This document shows, one piece after another, positions 24,104 to 34,111 of a stretch of 52,200 nucleotides of DNA. A program made the translations under genes and the position numbers. Within the stretch, counting starts at the first letter, position 1, and every line of letters starts with the position of its first letter. Location of the stretch: positions 1-52,200 of the IMG/VR virus record IMGVR_UViG_3300024261_000044; one strand, 5' to 3'. Under the pieces are notes generated by a model, which saw only the letters and a list, made by a program, of their open reading frames with translations, ran no database searches and was not told the DNA's origin. Origin of the DNA: a virus (lineage: Duplodnaviria > Caudoviricetes).

Positions 24104-25486
24104 ATGGAAGTATTAATAGTAATAAAAAATAAAGTATCTATTCTTGGTTTTCCTAGTGATGTTCTTGATGAGATAAAAAAACATCTGACTATAAATAACC
24201 CTCTTTTCCATAAAAGGTTAGATATGGGATTGCAGAACTGGGGAGTTCCATCGTCATTAAAATACTGGGATATTAGCAAAGATAATGATAATCTCATAAT
24301 AGTTCCTGTCGGTGCTTTGGGGGAAATTCTAAAGATAGCCCACGCGCACGAGATAAAAGTAGTAGAATCCGATATTCGTGACCAAAGGTTAAGTAACCCA
24401 AAAACAACCTACTTTTCTAAATTAGAGTTTATTGGGGAGTTACGCGAGTACCAAGAAGACATGGTAAAAGCATGTATGAGTAAAACGATTGGGGTTGTGG
24501 AAGCTATGACTGGGTCAGGAAAGACTATATGTTTTGTAAATTTAACTTTGAGAAGAAAAGAACCTACATTAATTCTTGTGCACACGCTTGAGTTAGCAAA
24601 TCAAACTATAAAATCGTTTGTAAAATTTTCTAATTTAAAAGAAGAGGATATAGGATTTATAGGAGATGGTAGATTTGAAGTAAAACCCATAACGGTAGGG
24701 TTACATCAAACAATGTCTAAGCTGAAGACCGACAGATTTAACATAATAAATGAAAGGTTTGGACAACTCATTGGTGACGAAATTCACATTGTGGGCGCTG
24801 AAACCTGGTTTCGCACTTTAAACAACTTGAATGCAAAGTTCAAGTTTGGATTTACCGCCACACCTAAAAGGGACGATGGGTTAACAAAAGTGATACATTT
24901 TGCATCTGGCCCCATAATACACAAAGTTCCAAAATCAGCATTAAGTGGTTTCTTAATAACCCCTGAAGTAGAGCAAATAAAAACTCAGTATGAATTTCAA
25001 ATGTTCTCTACCCAAGAATACCAAGAAATGATAACTGACCTATCTCAGGATGATGACAGAAATGATTTTATACTAGACCATGTACAGAGTGACGATAGTA
25101 AAGGTAAATATAAGGTACTTCTTTGCACAAGAATATCACAGGTAGAGTATTTAAATAATGCTCTTGGGGATGAAAGTGTTATGCTAACATCTAAGATGAC
25201 TAAGAAAAAAAGAAACGAGGTAATGGACGAATTATACGCCGGAGAAAAGAAAATTGTTATCTCAACGTATGGTTTATTTTCAACTGGTATCGACATACCA
25301 CAACTAGAAATACTGTATCTTTGTGCTCCAATTAAGTCAGAAGTTAAGCTTCGGCAAGCTGCTGGAAGGCTTATGAGAATATCAAAAGGAAAGAAAAAAG
25401 CAAAGATAATTGACTTTATTGATCAAAAAATTGATATATTAAAGTATCAGGGATACCATAGAAATAGAATTTTTAAGAAATTATAA
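24104..25486 (+). CDS. Superfamily 2 DNA helicase (UvsW/XPB-like)
   Basis: LREYQ, TGSGKT (Walker A), DEIH, TATPKR, GIDIP, QAAGRLMR. Confidence 0.9.
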   Translation: MEVLIVIKNKVSILGFPSDVLDEIKKHLTINNPLFHKRLDMGLQNWGVPSSLKYWDISKDNDNLIIVPVGALGEILKIAHAHEIKVVESDIRDQRLSNPKTTYFSKLEFIGELREYQEDMVKACMSKTIGVVEAMTGSGKTICFVNLTLRRKEPTLILVHTLELANQTIKSFVKFSNLKEEDIGFIGDGRFEVKPITVGLHQTMSKLKTDRFNIINERFGQLIGDEIHIVGAETWFRTLNNLNAKFKFGFTATPKRDDGLTKVIHFASGPIIHKVPKSALSGFLITPEVEQIKTQYEFQMFSTQEYQEMITDLSQDDDRNDFILDHVQSDDSKGKYKVLLCTRISQVEYLNNALGDESVMLTSKMTKKKRNEVMDELYAGEKKIVISTYGLFSTGIDIPQLEILYLCAPIKSEVKLRQAAGRLMRISKGKKKAKIIDFIDQKIDILKYQGYHRNRIFKKL

Positions 25487-25500
25487 CAAAGGAAACTAAT

Positions 25501-25698
25501 ATGAAAGAAATAAAATCTTTGTCGCATGATACCGACAAAAACACAGAAGTAAAAGACAAGATAGGAGATATAGAGAGTAGACAATATTATGTATCTATAT
25601 CTGGTACTATAGAAGTTCTCCCTAAATCACGAAGTAGGTTATCTGACATTACAGGCTATAACTCCGAAGTTATGAGGGAGTTTAGTTCTGATGATTAA
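25501..25698 (+). CDS. Hypothetical protein (65 aa)
   Basis: AAGGA ribosome-binding site; packed within the operon. Confidence 0.55.
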   Translation: MKEIKSLSHDTDKNTEVKDKIGDIESRQYYVSISGTIEVLPKSRSRLSDITGYNSEVMREFSSDD

Positions 25699-26212
25699 AG
25701 TAATAAATGTAGAAGGTAATCCAACATTAAAACAACAAAGTATAGATTGTAAAACTACGAACGGTAGTTTGATGGGCCCCGTCACGGGTAAGGATTTAAA
25801 AGTATGGGATCAGTGTACAATAGAAGTTGTTACAGACTTAAAAGACACAGCTGAATCTGTATCTGATAAGTGTTTAGGCCTAGCGTCTAATCAAGTTTGG
25901 GATAAAACATCTCCACCATTGTCAGTGTTCGTAGTTAGAGTTTTAGACAGCACAGGTAATGGTTGGGAATGGAAAGAGTTTATTAACCCAACTGTAAATG
26001 GGACAGGTAAAAAATATAAATCAGAAGAGGGTTGCCTCAGCTACCCTGACCAGAAACCTAAGAAGGTTACTAGAAGAAAAAACGTTGAGATATCATACTA
26101 TTCACTAGATGATGCCGAACAAAGGCGAAGTATGAAGCTGTACGGAAACCTCACCTATCTACCGACCATCATTCAACACGAGTACGATCATATACAAGGA
26201 AGGACTATATAA
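25691..26212 (+). CDS. def: Peptide deformylase
   Basis: CLGLASNQ (motif 1), EGCLS (motif 2), QHEYDHIQG (HEXXH motif 3). Confidence 0.9.
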   Translation: MIKVINVEGNPTLKQQSIDCKTTNGSLMGPVTGKDLKVWDQCTIEVVTDLKDTAESVSDKCLGLASNQVWDKTSPPLSVFVVRVLDSTGNGWEWKEFINPTVNGTGKKYKSEEGCLSYPDQKPKKVTRRKNVEISYYSLDDAEQRRSMKLYGNLTYLPTIIQHEYDHIQGRTI

Positions 26213-26216
26213 TACT

Positions 26217-26579
26217 ATGAGTAATAAATACGACTTTAGTGATTTAGGAACACCTCAAAATAATGACGATTTAAAAGACAGGCCCAACTTTAGAATTGTA
26301 AAGACATGCGGTAATTGTAAATATTTCATGTCATTTACGAGAATAAAAAAACACGGGAATTGTGGAGTAACTAACATGAAATTAAAAAAAATAAATAAAA
26401 GTAGGAAAGAGTGCTATGATGACTCTATACGTAACCAAATAAAAAGTGATTGGCCTAAATGTCACGCTACCACAGTTTGTGAAAACCATCTTTTAAGATC
26501 TAGATCTTACAATATAGCTATGGTTTCGGAATGGTGTGATGTAGAGTTTGGAGTAGACGGGATGGTAAGGGAAGACTAA
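26217..26579 (+). CDS. Hypothetical Cys-rich protein
   Basis: CGNCKYF...C...C..H pattern; translationally coupled to the next gene. Confidence 0.6.
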   Translation: MSNKYDFSDLGTPQNNDDLKDRPNFRIVKTCGNCKYFMSFTRIKKHGNCGVTNMKLKKINKSRKECYDDSIRNQIKSDWPKCHATTVCENHLLRSRSYNIAMVSEWCDVEFGVDGMVRED

Positions 26580-28057
26580 TGGGAACTCAAATTATAAAGT
26601 TACTGAATTCCTACGGTTTTGATGCTTGGTTGTGTGGCGGAACTGCAAGAGACATATACTTAGGAATAGAGCCAAGTGGTTTTGATGTTGCTATAAGAGC
26701 TAACTTAAAGGAGCTTCGTGCAGCATTGACCCCCAAAATACTGAAAATAAATCAGTACGATACGTCTGTAACTATAAAGTACAAAGATAGGGAGTACTGT
26801 CTTTACCCATTAAAAAAAGTAAAACTGCAGAATACTTACTATAACTATTCTTTTACTAATAGTTTGGAAGACGACGCTGCATCTAAAGACTTTACGATAA
26901 ATGCCATATATTTTAATCCTCTAAAAGATGAGTGGATAGATTTCTACGATGGTATTAAGGATTTGAATAATAAAACTATAAGGTTTGTTGGAGACCCCTA
27001 CCAGAGAATACTTGAGTCTAAGGTTAGACTGCTTAGGTGCATATCTTTATGTAGTATCCTCGGTAAATCTTGGAAAATAGATGACGCATCCTTAAAAGCT
27101 GTGCAGGATAATAAGTTAAAAATTGCTGGTTCTCCTTCCAAACAAATATTTAATGAATTTAAAAAAGTATTTACCAGATGTGAGGCACCAAGTAGGTTTT
27201 TCTCGTTAATGGTGAAGTCTAGGTTGGATGAGGAGTTATTTACAGAACTAAGTTCTTGTATTGGCATTGAACAAAGTAATAAAAGGAAAAACTTAGATTT
27301 GTACCAGCATATAATGTACGCATTAGACTCTGTCCCTCTAAATCATTCAAATACGCTATTATTAAGAACCTCTGCTCTTCTTCATGACATCGGGAAACCC
27401 GCTACTGAGGTGTATACTGATACGGGAATGCACTTCTACAATCATGAAAATGTTGGAGCATTTGTAGCTGAGAAGATATTAATGCAGTGGGGGTACCCAA
27501 GTTCTACTATAGAGACAGTTGTTCTTCTAATAAAAAATCACTTATTTGATGCATCTTTTAGAAAATCAGAGGCATCAGTAAAGAAACTAGTTGCAAAAGT
27601 CGGGGAAAATAATATACATAACTTACTTGATCTACGTATGGCTGATAGAATGGGATGTGGACGTCCTGATATATCAATGAAACCTGTAGATATACTAAGG
27701 TCAAAAGTTAATAAATTATTAGCTAAGTCATCTCCAGACAAAATAAAAATTAAATTATCTAACTCACAGATTGAGTCTATAATAAAAAAGACAACTGATA
27801 ATGTCGACGAAGCAGTAGGTAAGGTTAGGGAATATCTTGAACAAAAGCTTGTTATAGGTAAGTTACAAAACAAGCCTCAGAACTTAAGACGCGCAGTTTA
27901 TAAAATAAATCATATAAGATGTCCACTAGATAAGCCACATCTTTTTCATACCTGGTCTGAAAAGCAAAAAGGAAATGCTGATATATTTCCTGACGGTAGG
28001 CTAAGGTGCGGAGTTTTCTGTAACTTTTTATGTGACAACGTAGAAAAATCAAAATAA
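26579..28057 (+). CDS. CCA-adding enzyme/poly(A) polymerase-family protein with HD domain (nucleotidyltransferase motifs degenerate)
   Basis: AWLCGGTARD, KDFTINAI, IRFVGDP, LLHDIGK, FYNHENVGA. Confidence 0.85.
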   Translation: MGTQIIKLLNSYGFDAWLCGGTARDIYLGIEPSGFDVAIRANLKELRAALTPKILKINQYDTSVTIKYKDREYCLYPLKKVKLQNTYYNYSFTNSLEDDAASKDFTINAIYFNPLKDEWIDFYDGIKDLNNKTIRFVGDPYQRILESKVRLLRCISLCSILGKSWKIDDASLKAVQDNKLKIAGSPSKQIFNEFKKVFTRCEAPSRFFSLMVKSRLDEELFTELSSCIGIEQSNKRKNLDLYQHIMYALDSVPLNHSNTLLLRTSALLHDIGKPATEVYTDTGMHFYNHENVGAFVAEKILMQWGYPSSTIETVVLLIKNHLFDASFRKSEASVKKLVAKVGENNIHNLLDLRMADRMGCGRPDISMKPVDILRSKVNKLLAKSSPDKIKIKLSNSQIESIIKKTTDNVDEAVGKVREYLEQKLVIGKLQNKPQNLRRAVYKINHIRCPLDKPHLFHTWSEKQKGNADIFPDGRLRCGVFCNFLCDNVEKSK

Positions 28058-28060
28058 AAA

Positions 28061-28429
28061 ATGTTAATTGCTTTTTTAATAATTTTAATAGCAGCTCTGA
28101 GCTTAAATCTATTTTATACTTTAAGAGCAGTGAAAGGTTTGAAGTCTAAGTACTCTAAAGTTCTTTCTCAAAAGAAAAGTAGTGAAGTTGTTACGGGCCA
28201 TATAGCAGAACAACTTGCTCCATTTTTAGATAACTTTCCTTATGACCCTAAGCAAGTAAAATTCTTGGGCCAACCAATAGATTATATCCACTACGGAGAT
28301 GACCAAATTACTTTTATTGAAGTAAAATCTGGTAAGTCTAGGCTATCAAAAAAGCAAAAACATATAAAACAATTAATCGAAAATAACCAAGTCTTTTGGG
28401 ACGAAGTGAGAATACATGGGAAAAATTAG
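28061..28429 (+). CDS. Archaeal-type Holliday-junction-resolvase-like PD-(D/E)xK endonuclease with N-terminal hydrophobic helix
   Basis: GHIAEQLAPFL, FLGQPIDYI, FIEVKSG. Confidence 0.8.
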   Translation: MLIAFLIILIAALSLNLFYTLRAVKGLKSKYSKVLSQKKSSEVVTGHIAEQLAPFLDNFPYDPKQVKFLGQPIDYIHYGDDQITFIEVKSGKSRLSKKQKHIKQLIENNQVFWDEVRIHGKN

Positions 28430-31154
28430 TACAGATACATTTAAAAAGCTTTTCGTCCACAGGGACGATGTCTACGCTATACAACAAACAAAAGGTTCTT
28501 ATATTCCAGTAAAAGAACCTGTTGACGATGATATTATGAATGCACACTTGGCTGGTCGTCAAACAATTGGACTTTACCAAGTAAAGCCTGAGGAAAATAC
28601 AGTTAAGTGGGCTTGTCTAGACATTGATCTTACTAAGTCAGTGTGGAGCAATGAAAATTTTAATCTAGATGACTGGAAAGATAAGTTATTAGAACAAGCA
28701 GAAATTTCAAAGAAACTTCTTAGTAATAAGGGTATACCTTCTTACATAGAATTTTCAGGAAATAAGGGGTACCATGTGTGGGTTTTCTTTGAAAATCCCG
28801 TACCGTCAAGTATTATAAAAAGTGGTTTTGAGGGTATATTCTCAAGTATGCGCCCCACTACGAACGGAATTGAGTGGGAAATATTCCCCAAGCAAACCCA
28901 GGTAAATAAAGGATCTTTTGGAAATCTTGTAAAAGGGCCTAATGGGTACCACCATAAATCTAGAGTATTTAGTGAGTTTATAGATAACTTGTCAGTGAGT
29001 ACAGTTAACTACGCTGATACAATGTCGTTTTCTAATGAATCTGCACCATACACAGAGCCTCTAAAAAAATGCGAAGCTTTACGAAACATGTGGAATACCT
29101 GCGTAGACCAGGAAGAGTCACCTAATTTTTTCAATGAAATAGTTGGGTATATGTTTACAAACATGGGTGAAGAGGCTGAAAAGTATGCTACTCAAAACTT
29201 TTTTAGTAAAATGAAAAACTATGACCCAGAGGTCACTAAAAAAAACATAGCAGTGATGAAAACAAAGATGAGGGAGGAGGAGGGGGAAGGATACCTTCCC
29301 ATTACTTGTGAAAAGTTACAGGATGGTAAATATGGGAGCATTTGTTCACAAAGGTGTACCGCTATTGGTAGGGCAAAAAGTCCGATAGCTTTTTACCACT
29401 GGTCTACTCAAGAGAAGGAAGTGGATATTAATGCTTTAGACAAATCAGACTTTCTTTTCCGCAAAGGAAATTCTTACTATGAGAGGTTACCTGGAAAGGA
29501 AGACACGAAGATAAAAAAACTTTCTAGCTTTACAATGGAAATAACAAAGGATACTACAATCAGCACAGGCATGGCTGAATTTGATAAAAGAATATTTGAA
29601 GGTAACATACGAAAAGAAAAAGATGAGATAGAGTTCGAAATTTCTTCAGATGATTTTTCTAACGATGAAAAATTAAAAGGTTTTGTTTATAAAACTCTAG
29701 GGCCTAACCAACTACTTATAGAAAACATACCTTCTATAAAAACAGCTATCCAAAAGTATGCTAAGTCTAAGGCAGTCTTTATACTAAAACAGTTTGGGTT
29801 TAATGATCTAAAGGGGGACGATAAGTATCCTCACAAATATATGAGTCCGTCCGTTATTATAGACAAAAATGGTATAAGAAATAATGATGATACCCTGGTT
29901 AGTTTAGAGGGGGAAGAATTCGCAGAGTACCTTGACTTACAAATAATAGACGATGAAACTTTTATATCTTTAAAGAAGCATATTCAAGAAGATTTGATGA
30001 AAATTGTAAACAAAGAAGTTACATACGGTGCCCTATCATTTACTTTCTTACCCATTTTATTTCCTTTTTTAGAGGGTGATAGAACAAAGTTTACATACTT
30101 TGTTAGAGGAGAGTCAGGTACAGGTAAGTCTTACACAATGGAAGCATTTCAACATTTCTATGGTAAGTTTGAGTCATTTCCTACATGGAGTTCTACATCA
30201 AACTCACTAGGACGAATAGGATACTTTATGAAAGATACTTTATTTATGATAGATGACTTCAAAAAGAGAATGTTCTTCAAACCAGGAGCTTTTGACGGTG
30301 CTATGACCCTAATGCAAAACTATGCAGATAACACAGCCAGATCAAGGATGACTGCTAACATGGAATTAGCAAAGACATTTATTGTTAGAGGGTGGCTTGC
30401 TTCCACAGGCGAAGATACGCCATCCGGTGAAGCATCTAATTTAGCAAGAATGGTCCCAACTACGTGCAATACTAAGTTTAAAGACATGGTAAAAGGACGT
30501 AGGATTCAAGAAATGAAGCAGTTCTACCCAGGATTCACTGCTAGATACCTACACCATGTATTTAATATTGCTCCAGTACTAATAAACAAATCTATGCAAG
30601 ATAATATGGACCATTTTTACTCCAAAATAGCTGGGCAATCTAATGATATACGGATAGCCAGAAATGTATCTCTCTTAGCGACAAGTTTTAAATTTGTATC
30701 AGAATTTGTATGGAGTAAGAAGAGAGCAAAGGAAGCACAAGAAGAGTTTTTATCCTTACTAGACACTCAGATAATTGATGTTGCACTAGAAGCTGCTGAG
30801 GAATTAGCATCGGATAGGTTCTTAAAAGTACTTCAAGAGCTTTTATCCAGCGGGAAAGTAAGAATGTTACCAAATTATATGGAAGATGTGGAAGAGAACA
30901 ATCACACGCCAATAATAGGATATTGGGGAACACGCAAAGAAGTAGAGCAGCCCGTTGGTTACTTAGTCGTTAGCCTAGCTTTTAAAGAAATTCAATCATT
31001 TCTAAGAGCATCTAACGAGAGTTTGACGCACACAAAGAAAGCTATAATACACGAGCTTTACGAAAACGGAATGATTTATGATAAAACAGTACAGTCAAGA
31101 AAAATGCAGGGAAGATCTGTGCGAGTAATTACAGTTAAACCAGATTATTTATAA
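28416..31154 (+). CDS. Primase (AEP-type)-helicase fusion
   Basis: WACLDID, EFSGNKGYHVWVFF in the N-terminus; Cys cluster; Walker A GESGTGKS and Walker B IDDFK. Confidence 0.85.
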   Translation: MGKISTDTFKKLFVHRDDVYAIQQTKGSYIPVKEPVDDDIMNAHLAGRQTIGLYQVKPEENTVKWACLDIDLTKSVWSNENFNLDDWKDKLLEQAEISKKLLSNKGIPSYIEFSGNKGYHVWVFFENPVPSSIIKSGFEGIFSSMRPTTNGIEWEIFPKQTQVNKGSFGNLVKGPNGYHHKSRVFSEFIDNLSVSTVNYADTMSFSNESAPYTEPLKKCEALRNMWNTCVDQEESPNFFNEIVGYMFTNMGEEAEKYATQNFFSKMKNYDPEVTKKNIAVMKTKMREEEGEGYLPITCEKLQDGKYGSICSQRCTAIGRAKSPIAFYHWSTQEKEVDINALDKSDFLFRKGNSYYERLPGKEDTKIKKLSSFTMEITKDTTISTGMAEFDKRIFEGNIRKEKDEIEFEISSDDFSNDEKLKGFVYKTLGPNQLLIENIPSIKTAIQKYAKSKAVFILKQFGFNDLKGDDKYPHKYMSPSVIIDKNGIRNNDDTLVSLEGEEFAEYLDLQIIDDETFISLKKHIQEDLMKIVNKEVTYGALSFTFLPILFPFLEGDRTKFTYFVRGESGTGKSYTMEAFQHFYGKFESFPTWSSTSNSLGRIGYFMKDTLFMIDDFKKRMFFKPGAFDGAMTLMQNYADNTARSRMTANMELAKTFIVRGWLASTGEDTPSGEASNLARMVPTTCNTKFKDMVKGRRIQEMKQFYPGFTARYLHHVFNIAPVLINKSMQDNMDHFYSKIAGQSNDIRIARNVSLLATSFKFVSEFVWSKKRAKEAQEEFLSLLDTQIIDVALEAAEELASDRFLKVLQELLSSGKVRMLPNYMEDVEENNHTPIIGYWGTRKEVEQPVGYLVVSLAFKEIQSFLRASNESLTHTKKAIIHELYENGMIYDKTVQSRKMQGRSVRVITVKPDYL

Positions 31155-31909
31155 TGGAAATACACCCGTTGTACAGTAGCAGCTCAGGTAATTGTTGTAA
31201 AGTGGCCTCTTCGGAGGCTACTTTGCTTATAGACGCTGGAGTGAGCTACAAAAAAATACTTGAAGCATCTGAAGAAGATGACTTAGAAATATCCGCCCTG
31301 TTTATAACACATGAGCATCATGACCATGTTGCTGGGGCAGGTGTTGTAGGTAGGAAACAGGGATGTCCTATTTATATACCAGAAGAATCATTCATTGCAA
31401 AAGAAAAAATATTTAAAAATTGTGATGTACAGTTCATAAAAGGTGGGGATGAAATCAAAGTAGGAGATATGTTAGTAAAAGCATACACTACTAAGCATGA
31501 CAGTAAAGCAAGTTTAGGCTACACAATCACAGATACCGGTACAGATAAAAAGTTTGGCTACTTAACTGACTCCGGAAGCATATCAAAAGTAATGAGGGTA
31601 GCTTTAGAGTCTTGTGACGCATACTTTCTAGAGGCTGATTACGATCAACAAATGTTAGATGACTATGAAAAGTATGATGAGTTATTAAAGATGAGGATAT
31701 CGGGACCTTTTGGTCACTTAGGTAACCATCAAATATCGGAGTATATAGAGAATGATGTTGATTTGGGTAGCGTAGAGTGGATTGCTTTCGGGCATCTAAG
31801 TTCCAGAACAAATACGCCAGATACCGTGTTAAAATTAATGAAAGATACCTTCCCTGAGTTTGAAAGTTTGTTTTTAATAGCGCCAATATCAGAACCATTG
31901 TTGCTTTAA
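31154..31909 (+). CDS. Metallo-beta-lactamase-fold hydrolase (YycJ-like nuclease)
   Basis: SSSSGNC, LIDAG, THEHHDH, GHLS. Confidence 0.9.
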   Translation: MEIHPLYSSSSGNCCKVASSEATLLIDAGVSYKKILEASEEDDLEISALFITHEHHDHVAGAGVVGRKQGCPIYIPEESFIAKEKIFKNCDVQFIKGGDEIKVGDMLVKAYTTKHDSKASLGYTITDTGTDKKFGYLTDSGSISKVMRVALESCDAYFLEADYDQQMLDDYEKYDELLKMRISGPFGHLGNHQISEYIENDVDLGSVEWIAFGHLSSRTNTPDTVLKLMKDTFPEFESLFLIAPISEPLLL

Positions 31910-31977
31910 TTAGGTGAATTAGTTATATTAAAGAGAGAAGTAAAATAAATTAATATAACTAATAATCACAAAATTAA

Positions 31978-32634
31978 ATGGAAACTATTACTTTCGATAT
32001 AGAAACTGTACCTCAGACAGAGCTAAGTAATATCCAACAGCATGAGCTGGATAAAAAGTTAGAAAGAAGGTTCTCGGGGTCTAGTGAACCAACCACAGAA
32101 GAATACGAATCTGCAAAGTCTTTGATAATGGGAACCAACCCATACTTTGGGGAAATAGTATGTATAGGATTAATGAAAACTACAACAGATGGTAAGTATG
32201 ATACTATTGGGTTAACAGGAGATGAAAAAGATATTTTATCTAGGTTCTGGAAGATAGTGTCAGGTTTTAGGGGTCTATTTATATCATTCAATGGGTTGTC
32301 TTTTGACGTTCCTTGGATTATAAAAAGGTCGATGAAACATGGATTGAAAGCTACTAACCAAAGTTTTTTAAACACTAAGAAATTCTTTAAGTACCCTCAT
32401 TGGGATGTTCATGTTATTATGGCAGACTATGATAGGTTTAAAGGGGCCAGCCTTAGATTGACATGTGATCACCTCGGAATACCCTCTCCCAAAGAAGAAG
32501 AAATAACTGCAGAGAACGTATCTGTAGCGTTTAAAGATGGGAGGATCAAAGAAATAAAGGAGTATTGTTTAAGAGATGTTCAAGCAACATACAACGCATA
32601 CTTAATATCAAAAAATTACACTTTTATAAAATAA
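31978..32634 (+). CDS. DnaQ/PolB-like 3'-5' exonuclease
   Basis: FDIET, FNGLSFDVP, YCLRDV (Exo I-III). Confidence 0.85.
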   Translation: METITFDIETVPQTELSNIQQHELDKKLERRFSGSSEPTTEEYESAKSLIMGTNPYFGEIVCIGLMKTTTDGKYDTIGLTGDEKDILSRFWKIVSGFRGLFISFNGLSFDVPWIIKRSMKHGLKATNQSFLNTKKFFKYPHWDVHVIMADYDRFKGASLRLTCDHLGIPSPKEEEITAENVSVAFKDGRIKEIKEYCLRDVQATYNAYLISKNYTFIK

Positions 32635-32657
32635 AATAATATAACCAAGAAAACTAG

Positions 32658-33596
32658 ATGAGCTTATTTGAAAAAGCAAAGCCAAGAGCAGAAAGACTAA
32701 AAATGCTTATATACGGTGCATCAGGGACTGGAAAATCGGTAGTAAGTCTACACTTTCCTAAGCCTGCTGTAATCGACACAGAGAGGGGAACTGAGCACTA
32801 TGGAGAATACTTTGACTTTCATCGTATTCAAACAGTTAGCCCTAAGAAAGTTAATAAAGCAGTAGACGAGCTACTAAAGGATCCTGCGGGGTTTAAAACT
32901 TTTGTAATTGATTCTTTCAGTAACTTATATGACTCAATCATAGAAAAGCAAGTAGCAAAAATGAGAATAAAGTCTGGGAACCCTAATTATGAAATTAGGC
33001 CTCTAGATTATAAATTCATTAAGTCAGACGTTAAGATTTTAATTACAAAAATGTTATCGTTGGATATGAACATTATCGTAACAGCTAAATCAAAACCCTT
33101 GTATAGTACTGATAAGGATGAATTTATGCAGGTGATAGGAACTACGCCTGAAGGCCCTAAAGATTTGCCCTACCACTTTGATATAGTGCTCGAACTGTAC
33201 ACAGACGAAGAAGGTAACCACATGGCCAAAATGGTGAAAGATAGAACAAATAAGTTACCTCATGAATTTGAGTTTAACTATAAATCTTTTACTCAGTTTA
33301 TAGGAATAGAAGGGTTAGAAAGAGAGGCTGTAGTATTTAATCAACAACAAAACCTAGAACAAAATGAAAGTATGGGAAGAAGTGTTGATATAGAATACAA
33401 AGGTAAAGAATTAAAAACAGCGGGAGTAAAGGCTGATACCCTAGAAAAAATAGAAGATGCTGCTAGCGGCCTGGACCAAAAAGACTTAAAAAAGAAACTA
33501 AAAGCTGACTACATGGTAACAAGTGTGCTGGATCTAAAACAAGACGAAGCTGAGTTATTATTATCAGATTTAACAACAAAAACCAATAATAAATAA
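32658..33596 (+). CDS. AAA_24/Sak4-like ATPase (single-strand annealing recombinase)
   Basis: LIYGASGTGKS, IDTERG, VIDSFS; adjacent to an SSB-like gene. Confidence 0.8.
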   Translation: MSLFEKAKPRAERLKMLIYGASGTGKSVVSLHFPKPAVIDTERGTEHYGEYFDFHRIQTVSPKKVNKAVDELLKDPAGFKTFVIDSFSNLYDSIIEKQVAKMRIKSGNPNYEIRPLDYKFIKSDVKILITKMLSLDMNIIVTAKSKPLYSTDKDEFMQVIGTTPEGPKDLPYHFDIVLELYTDEEGNHMAKMVKDRTNKLPHEFEFNYKSFTQFIGIEGLEREAVVFNQQQNLEQNESMGRSVDIEYKGKELKTAGVKADTLEKIEDAASGLDQKDLKKKLKADYMVTSVLDLKQDEAELLLSDLTTKTNNK

Positions 33597-34027
33597 TGGG
33601 TATTAACTTTAAAGAAGTAGGGGAAACTCAAAGGAGTGGAGATGGGTTTGAGCCATTGCCAGAAGGACGTTACAACTTAGTAGTGGAGAATGCCGAACTG
33701 ACAACTGCGTCTACAGGGAATGAAATGATAAAAACTACGTTTCATGTAACGGATGGTATCTTTATAAACAGAAAACTGTGGAGTAACTTTGTTTTGACTC
33801 CTAAAGCTTATGGATTTTTATTTGGATTTCTACGAGCAGCAGGTAGCGACTTAGTAACCAAGGAAGATGTTGAGCCAAATGAGATCGCCGATGGTCTTGT
33901 TGGATTGAAAGTCTCGGCATACACAGAACCGGGTAAAACTCCGAACGGTAATCCTACTAACCCTTTATCAAAATATAAAGGTATAATTGAAGGTGAGGAA
34001 CTTACTGGTGCAAGTTTATTTGAGTAA
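33596..34027 (+). CDS. DUF669-like single-stranded DNA-binding protein
   Basis: FEPLPEGRYNLVVENAE, STGNEMIK; acidic tail; Sak4 partner position. Confidence 0.75.
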   Translation: MGINFKEVGETQRSGDGFEPLPEGRYNLVVENAELTTASTGNEMIKTTFHVTDGIFINRKLWSNFVLTPKAYGFLFGFLRAAGSDLVTKEDVEPNEIADGLVGLKVSAYTEPGKTPNGNPTNPLSKYKGIIEGEELTGASLFE

Positions 34028-34048
34028 TAGCTTGTAATAAGTTTGTGT

Positions 34049-34079
34049 AAAGGCGGGTATAATTTATGCCCGCCTTTTT
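34049..34079 (+). terminator. Rho-independent terminator
   Basis: aaaggcgggtataa-t-ttatgcccgccttt hairpin followed by a T tract. Confidence 0.8.
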
Positions 34080-34111
34080 AAATTTTATAGTTTAACTTAA
34101 GGAGATGCAGC

